From: Gemmatimonadota bacterium
GTDB taxonomy: Bacteria; Gemmatimonadota; Gemmatimonadetes; Palauibacterales; KS3-K002
Direction of reading: 5' to 3'
Length of the DNA stretch: 53,463 nucleotides
Assembly (NCBI GenBank): GCA_039586795.1
Contig: JBDHJS010000024.1
Coordinates: 1-53,463 of the forward strand
Each line of letters begins with the position of its first letter. Position 1 is the stretch's first letter. A program made the position numbers and the translations under genes. Of the stretch, positions 45,561 to 53,463 are shown piece after piece. The notes beneath the pieces were generated by a model. It ran no database searches, was not told where the DNA came from, and worked only from the letters and a program-made list of their open reading frames with translations.

Positions 45561-46178
45561 CTATTCGGCGCCCAACAAATCCTGAATCGCCGCCTGGAAC
45601 TCCGCAACATTATTCCAAGCCAACGCCTTCACGATTTCCCCGTCTCGATCGATCAGGTAACCCAGCGTCGGAGCCGGCCCATAACTACACCACAGCGGAT
45701 TGTTGCGCCCCTCAGGCGTCAACTCATCCACCAGCATCAACTGGTCTCCCTCCAACAACGCCCGAACCTCCGCCGCCAACGCAACCCGCTCAGCATACGT
45801 CGTCGGTTGTGACCGCCGATAGTCGAACGCTTCCCACACGTTCCCGCGATACGGGCTAGGATCTGGATCCAGCGGGTGCGGCTCGATCACATAGACGTGA
45901 ACGATATGGATGACCTCGTCGACTGTGCGAGTCTGATCGTAGAGTCCGGTGGCCAGATCGTTCAGGGCAGGCACGCTGCCCCGGTACGGCGGTCAAGTAT
46001 AGGCGCCGAAAACCAGGTAGACTGGTTTCGTCTCCAAAAGACCCGACAACGTGTACGAGAGGTCGCCGTTCTCCTCGTCTTGGCCTGTCGTGGTAGTTCC
46101 GGCGCAGGCTAGCGCAGCGCTCAGCAGCGGGATGAGCAGGATTGACCCACAGAAACGCCCGGATGTCCGGTCCGTCAT
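45561..46178 (-). CDS. Iodothyronine-deiodinase-like selenoprotein (thioredoxin fold), lipoprotein; Sec at TGA 45993-45995
   Basis: Track ORFs 45993-46301 and 45561-45974 are in frame across TGA: KPVYLVFGAYT-U-PPYRGSVPAL; downstream VYVIEPHP and D...N...YGPAP motifs; ATG 46178 after GGAGGGG; lipobox ALAC; SECIS-like hairpin; selB and selC in window. Confidence 0.88.
45963..45983 (-). promoter_or_regulatory. Candidate bacterial SECIS element
   Basis: mRNA CGGGGCAG-CGUGC-CUGCCCUG: 8-bp stem, 5-nt loop with GU at positions 2-3, 17 nt between the UGA and the loop. Confidence 0.75.
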
Positions 46179-46455
46179 CGGTCCCCTCCGTACTGTTCCT
46201 CCGTCGCGTCCCGATCCGAGGCCAATGGCACGTAAAATACACCGATTCATCATGTATGATCTCATGCAAGCTATCGGCGTTAAGTGATGGCGCCTGGCCA
46301 TCCGTTCAGCCGCTGGTGGAGCCCGAGTGGTCTAAGTGTTTGCACTACAGTCAGATCGTGAGTGTTGACACAGATCGCGTGCGAAACCCATTGTAATCCT
46401 GCCATCGCATCAACAGCATCTCGTTACGGCCGAGGCTCAACCCGGAGCTCACCCG

Positions 46456-48294
46456 ATGTCGTTCCTCTCTGAGATTCGCGAACGTCGCATCGTACCCTTT
46501 CTTGGATCGTATATCGTCGCCGGCTTCTTGGCCCTCGAGGCGGTCGACCAGCTGGTTGGGCACGAGTTCGTACCCGAGATATTCTACACCGTCACGCTGA
46601 TCCTTTACGCGCTGGGTATCCCGGCCACCGCCGTGGTTGCGTTCTTCCACGGTGCTAAGGGCGCTCAGACGATGCCGAGGGCCGAGAAGGTGGCGCTCAC
46701 CGTCATCGGTGTCATCGCCGTCGCTTGGAGCGGGATGGCCATACGGAATCACGTCGAACAACAACGAATCGCCCAGTTGGCCGCCGAGGGAGAGCTGGAC
46801 CTCAGGCGCGTGGCCGTCCTCTACTTCACCGACGCCAGCAGCGGTCAGCAGCTCGGTCACGTGGCCGACGGCTTCACCGAGTCCCTAATCGACAACCTAG
46901 CCCATGTCAGGGAGCTCGACGTCATCTCGAAGAACGGTGTGGGTCAGTACAGAGGCGCCGAGGTCTCCGTCGACAGCATCGCCCGATCCCTCGAGGCGGG
47001 CACGGTCATCCAGGGATCCGTGGATCAGTCTGCCGGTCAGCTTCGTGTTTCGCTCAGGCTCATGGATGGCAGCAGTGGCGTCGATATCGAACGCACGAGC
47101 TTCGAGATGCCGGCCGACGAGCTGCTCACCGCGCGCGACTCCGTGGCTGGGGAGGCCTCTCGCATCCTCCGCGTCTGGCTTGGCGAGGAGTTCCGCGTTC
47201 GTCAGCAGCGAGCCGGCACGGCCGATGCCGCCGCCTGGACGCTCGTACAGCGAGCGGAACGCCAGCGTAAGAACGCCGAGGACTACTTGCTCGAGGGCGA
47301 CGCGGACGGCGTCTACGACTCGTTCGATCGCGCGGACTCTCTGTTTGCGGAGGCGGCGGCTCTCGATGATGGATGGGTCGAGCCCGTTGTGGGTCGCGGC
47401 CTTGTGGCCTATCGCCTGTCGCGCATAGCGGGCGATCTGGAAGAAGCGGCGGACGAGGCCGCACGCGGCCTTCGGTATGCCAACGCCGCGCTGTCCATCG
47501 ATCCCAACGACGCCGCGGCCCTGGAGCTTCGTGGCACATTGCGCTACTGGAGCTGGCTGCTGCATGTCGCCGCCGACCCCGTCGAGCACGACGAAATGCT
47601 GGTCAACGCGAAAGCGGATCTGGAGCGATCCGTAGAGATCGATCCTACCCGGGCCGGCGCCTATAGCACCCTGAGCCACCTCTACTACCAAACAGAAGAT
47701 CTGACCTCCGTGGTCCTCTCGGCCCGGCGCGCCTATGAAGAGGACGCATACCTCGCTGTCGCCGCCGACGTGCTCTGGCGCCTCGTTCAGGGGTCTTATG
47801 ACCTGGGTCAGGCCCAGCCGGCCAAGCGGTGGTGCGATGTCGGGTCCCAGCGCTTCTCCGAGGACTTTCGCTTCGTGTTCTGTCAGCTGATGGTGATGAC
47901 CACGCCGGCGGCCGAGCCGAATATCGACCGCGCCTGGCAGCTCCAGCAGGAACTCGAGGCAACGGCCCCCGAGTTCCGCCAGGAGTTCGAGCAGCGACGC
48001 GGTCGCATGATCGTCGGCGCCATCATCGCCCGGGCGGGCTTACCCGACAGCGCCCGCGCCGTCCTCGATCGGACACGCGCTAGCGTCGATCCCGATCTCG
48101 ATCCCGAGGGCGACCTTCTGGTCATCGAGGCCTTTGCGCGCACACAAGTCGGCGACCAGGATGAGGCGATCGATCTGCTCAAGCTCTACGCCGCCGCCCA
48201 GCACGGCTTTGCCCGGGGGGATGACCTGCACTGGTGGTGGCGCGAGTTGGCCGGCCACCCTCGATTCCAAGAGATCGAGACCGCCGGCCAGTAG
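46456..48294 (+). CDS. Membrane-anchored TolB-N/CsgG-like + TPR protein
   Basis: EIRERRI followed by three TM segments; VAVLYF...ADGFTESLI..L..V..L.VIS; GSV...LRVSLRL; TPR-like helices. Confidence 0.8.
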   Translation: MSFLSEIRERRIVPFLGSYIVAGFLALEAVDQLVGHEFVPEIFYTVTLILYALGIPATAVVAFFHGAKGAQTMPRAEKVALTVIGVIAVAWSGMAIRNHVEQQRIAQLAAEGELDLRRVAVLYFTDASSGQQLGHVADGFTESLIDNLAHVRELDVISKNGVGQYRGAEVSVDSIARSLEAGTVIQGSVDQSAGQLRVSLRLMDGSSGVDIERTSFEMPADELLTARDSVAGEASRILRVWLGEEFRVRQQRAGTADAAAWTLVQRAERQRKNAEDYLLEGDADGVYDSFDRADSLFAEAAALDDGWVEPVVGRGLVAYRLSRIAGDLEEAADEAARGLRYANAALSIDPNDAAALELRGTLRYWSWLLHVAADPVEHDEMLVNAKADLERSVEIDPTRAGAYSTLSHLYYQTEDLTSVVLSARRAYEEDAYLAVAADVLWRLVQGSYDLGQAQPAKRWCDVGSQRFSEDFRFVFCQLMVMTTPAAEPNIDRAWQLQQELEATAPEFRQEFEQRRGRMIVGAIIARAGLPDSARAVLDRTRASVDPDLDPEGDLLVIEAFARTQVGDQDEAIDLLKLYAAAQHGFARGDDLHWWWRELAGHPRFQEIETAGQ

Positions 48295-48607
48295 GCGAAC
48301 GTACTCTTCTTCTCCGATCACATAACAGCAACAGTTTGTAGACTCTGCGCAACAATCAGAGACGCCGCAACCGAGTTGGGGTGCGGACCTAAAGCAGTGC
48401 TTGAAGTGAGGCAAAGCACCACACTGTGAAGAGGTCTGCGGCAGGTGGCTGGAAACCGGTTTGTATCGCTCAATCATGGCGTCGAACTTGCCGCGATTAC
48501 GAATCGTTCTCGTGCAAAGCGCCCATAGATCTGAGACTCGGTTTCATTCGGCTTCCCGAAGTCGTAGAGAACTGCGTTACAGTCGTTTTGCGTAAAGGAG
48601 TCCAGTC

Positions 48608-51115
48608 ATGAGACGCCTAGCCCTCCCCCTGGCCGCCATTGCGGCCGTCAGCGTGCTCATCGTCGCCTGTCAGGAGGATCGCTCATCTCCCACGTCACCC
48701 GTGATCGGAGAGCCAGCCGGGCTGATCTCCGACGGAAGTACGGGTGGCAATGAGGATTTCTTCTTCCTACCACCGCTACTTCCGAACCCCAGCCGGGATC
48801 CGAATTTCGGGGACAAGATGTTCAACGCGTATCTCTCACCGCGCGTGGAGATCTGTCAGCTCGATGCTGAGGATGGATCGTGTCTGTCGCCACAGCCTCC
48901 AGACTTCCCGATCATCTTCACAATGCATGACGGACCCGGCTCGGTCATACAGGTGGAGGACGAGCACTACCACGTGAATTGGCATACCGACGTGGTGCAG
49001 CTCAACACGACGGCGTTCTACAGGATTCAGGTCTTCGGAACGGCGACCGCGTTGCTTGGGTTTGCGGACGTCGATCCCATCGAGAGCAAGAAGGAGCTCA
49101 AGAACCTCAAGACGAGCGAGTCGATCCCCCTCAAGGATGGGCGCACGATGCCGATCAAGTTCCGCATCGAAGAAGGCGCCATCTGCAACGCACTACTCGG
49201 TACCCTACCGGGGGTTGATTGCAGTGATGCGACGGCGCAGAGCGTCGGAAACGAGGGCGGGACGACGACGGTGCCCTCGAAGGTCGCGACCGGAGTCGCC
49301 GAGCCCAATTGGCTCGACGCAGTCATCGAAGGCGGGGGACCGGAAGAAGTCACTTTCATCATCACGAAGGTGAACGGAAACGGCAACGGCGGTGGCGGAA
49401 TCGAGCAGATCTCCGGCCCTTGCTTCCCAACGGTCAGCATGGAGGAAGAGCCGGCCTGCTACCAGTACACCACGGACCCGGAACTCGGCCCCTACGTGGA
49501 CGATCCGTTCAACGTCTGGCTCGAGGGCCAGGTGATCGCCGCCCAGTGCATCAATCAGGCGGTCATCGACGAAGGGCGGGACGACGAGTTCATGCTCTTC
49601 CAGTACGACCCCGACTTCGTAGGACTGCCGGAGTTCCCCAACGGTATCAAGCCGCTCCCAACGAGCAGCGCGGCGGACGGCGAGTTGGACTGCACCGACT
49701 TCAGCTTCGCCCAGTTGGGTGACTCACCGTTGGCCCGTTTCGCCCGGGCCAGCCTGCAGGTGATCTCTCAGCCGCTGGCCAAGCTATTCGGCCCGGAAGT
49801 CCTCTTTGCCAGGCACAAGACGGCCGGTATGGGCGGTCTGCCCACGTCGTTCAGCCCCAGCAATATCGGTTGGGCGCGGGCACTGGAGATGAGCGGCACG
49901 GCGGGCTCGCTGTCTGGCTATCTGGGCGTGGCACTGAACGATCCCATCACCATCGACATCATCGAGTTCCACGTCGATCCGGACGACCCCGGGGAGACGC
50001 CGGTGCCGGTCGACGGCGTGCCGGTCACGTTCTCGGTGCCGGGTAACGGCGTGCTCACCGACGCGAACAATCCGGGTTCATCGGGCAATCCGCTGACGAT
50101 CAACACGGTGAGCGGAGAGTCGAGCGTGATCTGGACACTGGCCAGCAATCTGCCGGCCGGCGATCAGGTGCTGACGGCTCAGGCGGCAGCTTACAACGGG
50201 CCGGTGACGTTTACGGCCACGGCGAACGAGTTGCCCGATCTCATCGTCGAGACCCTGACCCATTCACCGACAAACCCGACGACGAGCGACAACATTCTCT
50301 TCACCGCGGTGGTCAAGAATGTCGGTGTCGGGCCGGCAACTCCATCGACCCTGATGTTCAAGATTGGCGGAGAGACTCCCGGCTTTCCGGCCACGTTGTT
50401 TGCTGTCCCAGCCCTCGACCCAGGTGAGACCTACACCGCCGAGCGTCAACTGAGCCTGATGGCTCAGGGCTACATCAACACGGCGACTGCCGATTACAAC
50501 GATGACGTTCCTGAGTCGGATGAAACGAACAACACGACCACGGACACTTACTCGGTCACAGAGGCAGCCGTGGTGACCTGCGGTTCTGACTTTCCGCCGA
50601 CACTCTTCGGCCAGATCTCCGAGTTCCCGGCCGACGCTGGCCTCGGGAACCCGGATCTAGAGTGTGCAGCCGCCGGTGTCGTCGGTACTGACTTCGTTGT
50701 CTATGTGAAGTTCGTGTCGGGAACATTCAACGATACCACCTTCACGGATGTACACCTCGACACGGATCAGAATACGGCGACGGGTTGGTCGGGCATCGAC
50801 GCCTCTAACAACGATTCGGCACTCATGGGCACCGACTTCATCATTCGTGGTGGCGCCAATACCTACACGGGGACTACTGCGGAGGTGTGGCAGGGAACCG
50901 GGCCCAATACACTCGTGAAGACCGCGGACGTTGCCGGAGCATACTCCTTCTTCGCGGATGGCTTCACCGTCACGATCCCGCTGTCGGACCTTGGGTCCGA
51001 TGACGGCATCTTGAACTTCAAGGTCACGACGGCCCTCCAACTGTCGGCAGCGTCCTGGACCGGCATCAAGGACTATCTGACGGACGTGGGGACCGCTCCC
51101 GGAACGGTGAACTGA
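48608..51115 (+). CDS. Large multi-domain surface lipoprotein with Ig-like and CARDB domains
   Basis: AAGGAG RBS; lipobox IVAC; CARDB pattern LPDLIV...VKNVG...ADYNDDVPESDETNN; several Cys; beta-rich. Confidence 0.8.
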   Translation: MRRLALPLAAIAAVSVLIVACQEDRSSPTSPVIGEPAGLISDGSTGGNEDFFFLPPLLPNPSRDPNFGDKMFNAYLSPRVEICQLDAEDGSCLSPQPPDFPIIFTMHDGPGSVIQVEDEHYHVNWHTDVVQLNTTAFYRIQVFGTATALLGFADVDPIESKKELKNLKTSESIPLKDGRTMPIKFRIEEGAICNALLGTLPGVDCSDATAQSVGNEGGTTTVPSKVATGVAEPNWLDAVIEGGGPEEVTFIITKVNGNGNGGGGIEQISGPCFPTVSMEEEPACYQYTTDPELGPYVDDPFNVWLEGQVIAAQCINQAVIDEGRDDEFMLFQYDPDFVGLPEFPNGIKPLPTSSAADGELDCTDFSFAQLGDSPLARFARASLQVISQPLAKLFGPEVLFARHKTAGMGGLPTSFSPSNIGWARALEMSGTAGSLSGYLGVALNDPITIDIIEFHVDPDDPGETPVPVDGVPVTFSVPGNGVLTDANNPGSSGNPLTINTVSGESSVIWTLASNLPAGDQVLTAQAAAYNGPVTFTATANELPDLIVETLTHSPTNPTTSDNILFTAVVKNVGVGPATPSTLMFKIGGETPGFPATLFAVPALDPGETYTAERQLSLMAQGYINTATADYNDDVPESDETNNTTTDTYSVTEAAVVTCGSDFPPTLFGQISEFPADAGLGNPDLECAAAGVVGTDFVVYVKFVSGTFNDTTFTDVHLDTDQNTATGWSGIDASNNDSALMGTDFIIRGGANTYTGTTAEVWQGTGPNTLVKTADVAGAYSFFADGFTVTIPLSDLGSDDGILNFKVTTALQLSAASWTGIKDYLTDVGTAPGTVN

Positions 51116-51152
51116 GCGGCAGGTAGCCACGAATAGACTTCTGACAAAGCAA

Positions 51153-51178
51153 GCGGGCCAGCTTTTCAGCTGGCCCGC
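51153..51178. terminator. Hairpin terminator between convergent genes
   Basis: gcgggccagct-tttc-agctggcccgc 11-bp stem; T-rich tail on the minus strand. Confidence 0.75.
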
Positions 51179-51209
51179 CGTACATCTCGGTCGGTGCTGA
51201 TACTCTTTA

Positions 51210-51839
51210 TCAGCCGCCGAAGAAGAACCGATAACCGAGCATTGCCTGCCAGACCTGGTTCTTCACGCTGAACGTGTCGCTGTCGACATCGTCGTTGATG
51301 TTGGCCAGCCCGAGGTTGTACCAGATATCCAGCATGATGGCCCCGCCGCCGAGCATAAAGTCGACGCCGCCACCGAACATGATGCCAAAGTCTGTGCTCT
51401 TCGTGATGTCCTTACAGTCGAAATCCGGCTCGCCGGGTTCCACGAACTTACAGTTCATCAAGAAGCCGACCGTCGGACCGGCAAACAGACGTGGCTCCAC
51501 CGGGCTATCGTCACCGACCGGTATCGTAGCCGTGAACGGCACCAGGATCTCGATGTAGTCGGTGTTGATCTTCTCGTCGCTAAACTCCGAGTCCTTGGCG
51601 CCCTTCTGCACGTACTGGCCCATCACCGTCAGCATGAAGTACTTGTGCCAGTCGAACGAGATGAACGCGCCGGCGGCGAAGCCAATGTCCGACGACACGC
51701 CGCTGACATCACCACCGAGGCTGGCGTAGGAACCGCCCGCCGTGATGCCCGCGCTCATGGTCATCTGCGCCGACGCAGGGCCAGCCAGCAGGCAGATCAT
51801 CGCCGCTGCCGCCGTGAACACACCGAGTCGTTTGAGCAT
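51210..51839 (-). CDS. Outer-membrane beta-barrel (porin family / PorT-like)
   Basis: Signal peptide (ASAQ), YVQKGA, YIEILVP, FAGPTVG, YNLGLANI, terminal LGYRF. Confidence 0.85.
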   Translation of the reverse strand: MLKRLGVFTAAAAMICLLAGPASAQMTMSAGITAGGSYASLGGDVSGVSSDIGFAAGAFISFDWHKYFMLTVMGQYVQKGAKDSEFSDEKINTDYIEILVPFTATIPVGDDSPVEPRLFAGPTVGFLMNCKFVEPGEPDFDCKDITKSTDFGIMFGGGVDFMLGGGAIMLDIWYNLGLANINDDVDSDTFSVKNQVWQAMLGYRFFFGG

Positions 51840-52147
51840 GCTTACCCCCATTGTACGAGTAAGAGATTGAGCCTCGGTACGCCCTGATGTCGTGACCTTA
51901 GGTCACGAGGATTTAGCTTAATACGGTACTGATTCCCCCGGGCTACAGGCAGGCTCGCGCTGGTTGACGCTATGCCAAGATGAGGCCCCATGGCTGTATC
52001 GTCAATGACCGCTGCGCCTGCTCTAAAATGCGGCCCGGAGCCACTGCCTGACATGGTTTCTTGGCCCAGACTGCTGTCTGGAAAGGGTACGGGCTATTAC
52101 ATTTAGCGGCACCTGCGAATCCGCGCTGCCAAAACTAGGGGGTCGGC

Positions 52148-53164
52148 ATGGTTCCAGCCCTGAACACCACCGTTCTCATTGCCGCTGCCTTTGGACTTGC
52201 CCTCGTTGCGTGCACGCGAACAGACGAGCCCGCCTCGGCTCGTGATAACCCCGGGGCCCAATACAGCATCACCGACGAGGCCACGCACAACCGCTTCAGC
52301 AGCGCCATCGAGCCCGTGTTGCGCGTGCCGTCGGGCGCCGTCATCGAGGCGTATACGAAGGAGGCCACCGACCGACAGCTGACCGTCGAGTCCACATCAG
52401 CGGACGTGCCTGCTATCGCGTTCGATCCCATCCATCCGCTTACCGGACCCGTCTATGTCGAGGGCGCCGAGCCTGGCGACATCCTGGCCGTCACGCTGCA
52501 CCATCTGGAGGTCCTCGACTGGGGATGGACCGGCGTCTTTCCCGGCTTCGGATTCCTGGCCGACGAGTTCACCGAGCCGTATCTGAAGACCTTCGCCATC
52601 GCGCCCGGCGACACCGAAGTCGCGTTCAACGAACGAATCACGATTCCCCTGAGACCCTTCGCCGGCGTTATGGGCGTCGCTCCGCCGACGGACTCGATGC
52701 TGGTGACGATCCCGCCCCGAGCGAACGGCGGCAACATGGACAACCGCCACATGATCGCCGGTACCACGGTCTACTTCCCTGTCTTCGTCGAGGGCGCCCT
52801 CTTCTCCATCGGCGACACCCACGCCGCCCAGGGCGACGGCGAGGTAGCGGGCACCGCCATCGAAGCCCCGATGCGTGTTGTATATGAAGTGCATGTCATC
52901 AAAGATGGTCGCGACATACAGGAACCCCAGTACGAGACCGACGACTACTACGCCGTGACCGCGTTTGCGACCACCATCGATGACGCCGCCCGCAAGGCCA
53001 CGCGCTACATGATCGACTACCTGGTCGACGAGCACGGCCTCGACCGCACCGAAGCCTACGTCCTCTGCTCCCTCGCCGGGGACCTCAAGATCTCCGAAAC
53101 GGTGGACGTCCCCCACATGCTGGTCAGCATGCACATGTCCAAGGAGGTGCTGGGCATCAGGTAG
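52148..53164 (+). CDS. Acetamidase/formamidase family protein with lipoprotein signal
   Basis: HPLTGPVYVEGAEPGD, PRANGGNMD, GDTHAAQGDGEV, AIE; lipobox LVAC. Confidence 0.92.
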   Translation: MVPALNTTVLIAAAFGLALVACTRTDEPASARDNPGAQYSITDEATHNRFSSAIEPVLRVPSGAVIEAYTKEATDRQLTVESTSADVPAIAFDPIHPLTGPVYVEGAEPGDILAVTLHHLEVLDWGWTGVFPGFGFLADEFTEPYLKTFAIAPGDTEVAFNERITIPLRPFAGVMGVAPPTDSMLVTIPPRANGGNMDNRHMIAGTTVYFPVFVEGALFSIGDTHAAQGDGEVAGTAIEAPMRVVYEVHVIKDGRDIQEPQYETDDYYAVTAFATTIDDAARKATRYMIDYLVDEHGLDRTEAYVLCSLAGDLKISETVDVPHMLVSMHMSKEVLGIR

Positions 53165-53246
53165 CGATCGGTTGAAGAGGCGGGCCTACCACGTTCGGAG
53201 GACCCGGAGTATCTTTGCCCTCCGGTGGCCGGCGGCAAGCAACACC

Positions 53247-53271
53247 GCCTACCACTTACCACTTACCGCAG
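53247..53271. repeat. Short heptamer repeat abutting tRNA-Pro
   Basis: gcctacc acttacc acttacc gcag. Confidence 0.55.
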
Positions 53272-53274
53272 TTT

Positions 53275-53348
53275 CGGGGCGTGGCGCAGTTCGGTAGCGC
53301 GCCTGCTTTGGGAGCAGGAGGTCCCCGGTTCGAATCCGGGCGCCCCGA
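53275..53348 (+). tRNA. tRNA-Pro (anticodon TGG)
   Basis: CGGGGCG/CGCCCCG acceptor, cctgc-tt-TGG-ga-gcagg anticodon arm, GGTTCGAATCC T loop; CCA not encoded. Confidence 0.97.
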
Positions 53349-53463
53349 TTTCATCTTCCGACCCTAGTGTCAGGGATAGTGACAAATCGCGGCGGGATGG
53401 TGTTGGACTGCTGGACGCCTCTCGTTTGCTCTTCACGTACCAGCACCACATCTTGGGAGAGGC

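Noticed and set aside
45561..46301. Reading the deiodinase-like locus as two small genes or a nonsense pseudogene
   Set aside because: The TGA falls exactly at the catalytic Sec position of the family motif, the frame is preserved, a SECIS-like hairpin follows, and selB/selC are present
48400..48560. c-di-GMP-I riboswitch suggested by GGCAAA and GCAAAGC words
   Set aside because: The two words are too far apart and the GAAA-capped P2 stem is missing; needs an Infernal scan to exclude fully
53263..53451. 62-aa minus-strand ORF
   Set aside because: Antisense translation of tRNA-Pro (GAPGFEPGTS...)
21425..53463. Integrative element or prophage at tmRNA, tRNA-Sec or tRNA-Pro
   Set aside because: No integrase, transposase or phage gene and no duplicated tRNA 3' end seen; sequence beyond tRNA-Pro is too short to judge

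Overview
GC-rich chromosomal segment of mostly housekeeping genes. Gene content and order resemble Gemmatimonadota (inference). Left to right: ribD-ribE-ribBA-ribH-nusB; a GT4; hpf-hprK and a complete mannose-class PTS (IIA/IIB/IIC/IID, HPr, EI); metK-ahcY; recO-selB; an EIIA(Ntr)-like gene; larB with a GAF-GGDEF cyclase; tmRNA; thiI; mlaEFD; split hldE halves; fhs; ridA; a sulfatase; tRNA-Sec; a pentapeptide-repeat protein; LPS/outer-membrane biogenesis genes (GT9, lpxH, an Omp85-type metallopeptidase fusion, lptE); hemC-rfaE2-rph-rdgB; an accessory surface-protein block; tRNA-Pro. The main hidden feature is on the minus strand at 45561-46178. Two ORFs that the track separates are one reading frame interrupted by TGA, giving an iodothyronine-deiodinase-like selenoprotein (FGAYT-U-PPY) with a lipoprotein signal and a bacterial SECIS-like hairpin just after the UGA. 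selB and selC lie in the same window. Other points of note: probable CTG start codons, a dispersed set of hexamer/heptamer tandem-repeat hairpins at gene junctions and next to tRNA-like genes, and a pentapeptide protein with a TIR/NDT-like C-terminus beside tRNA-Sec. No CRISPR array, integrase or transposase was seen. All calls are by eye, without database searches.
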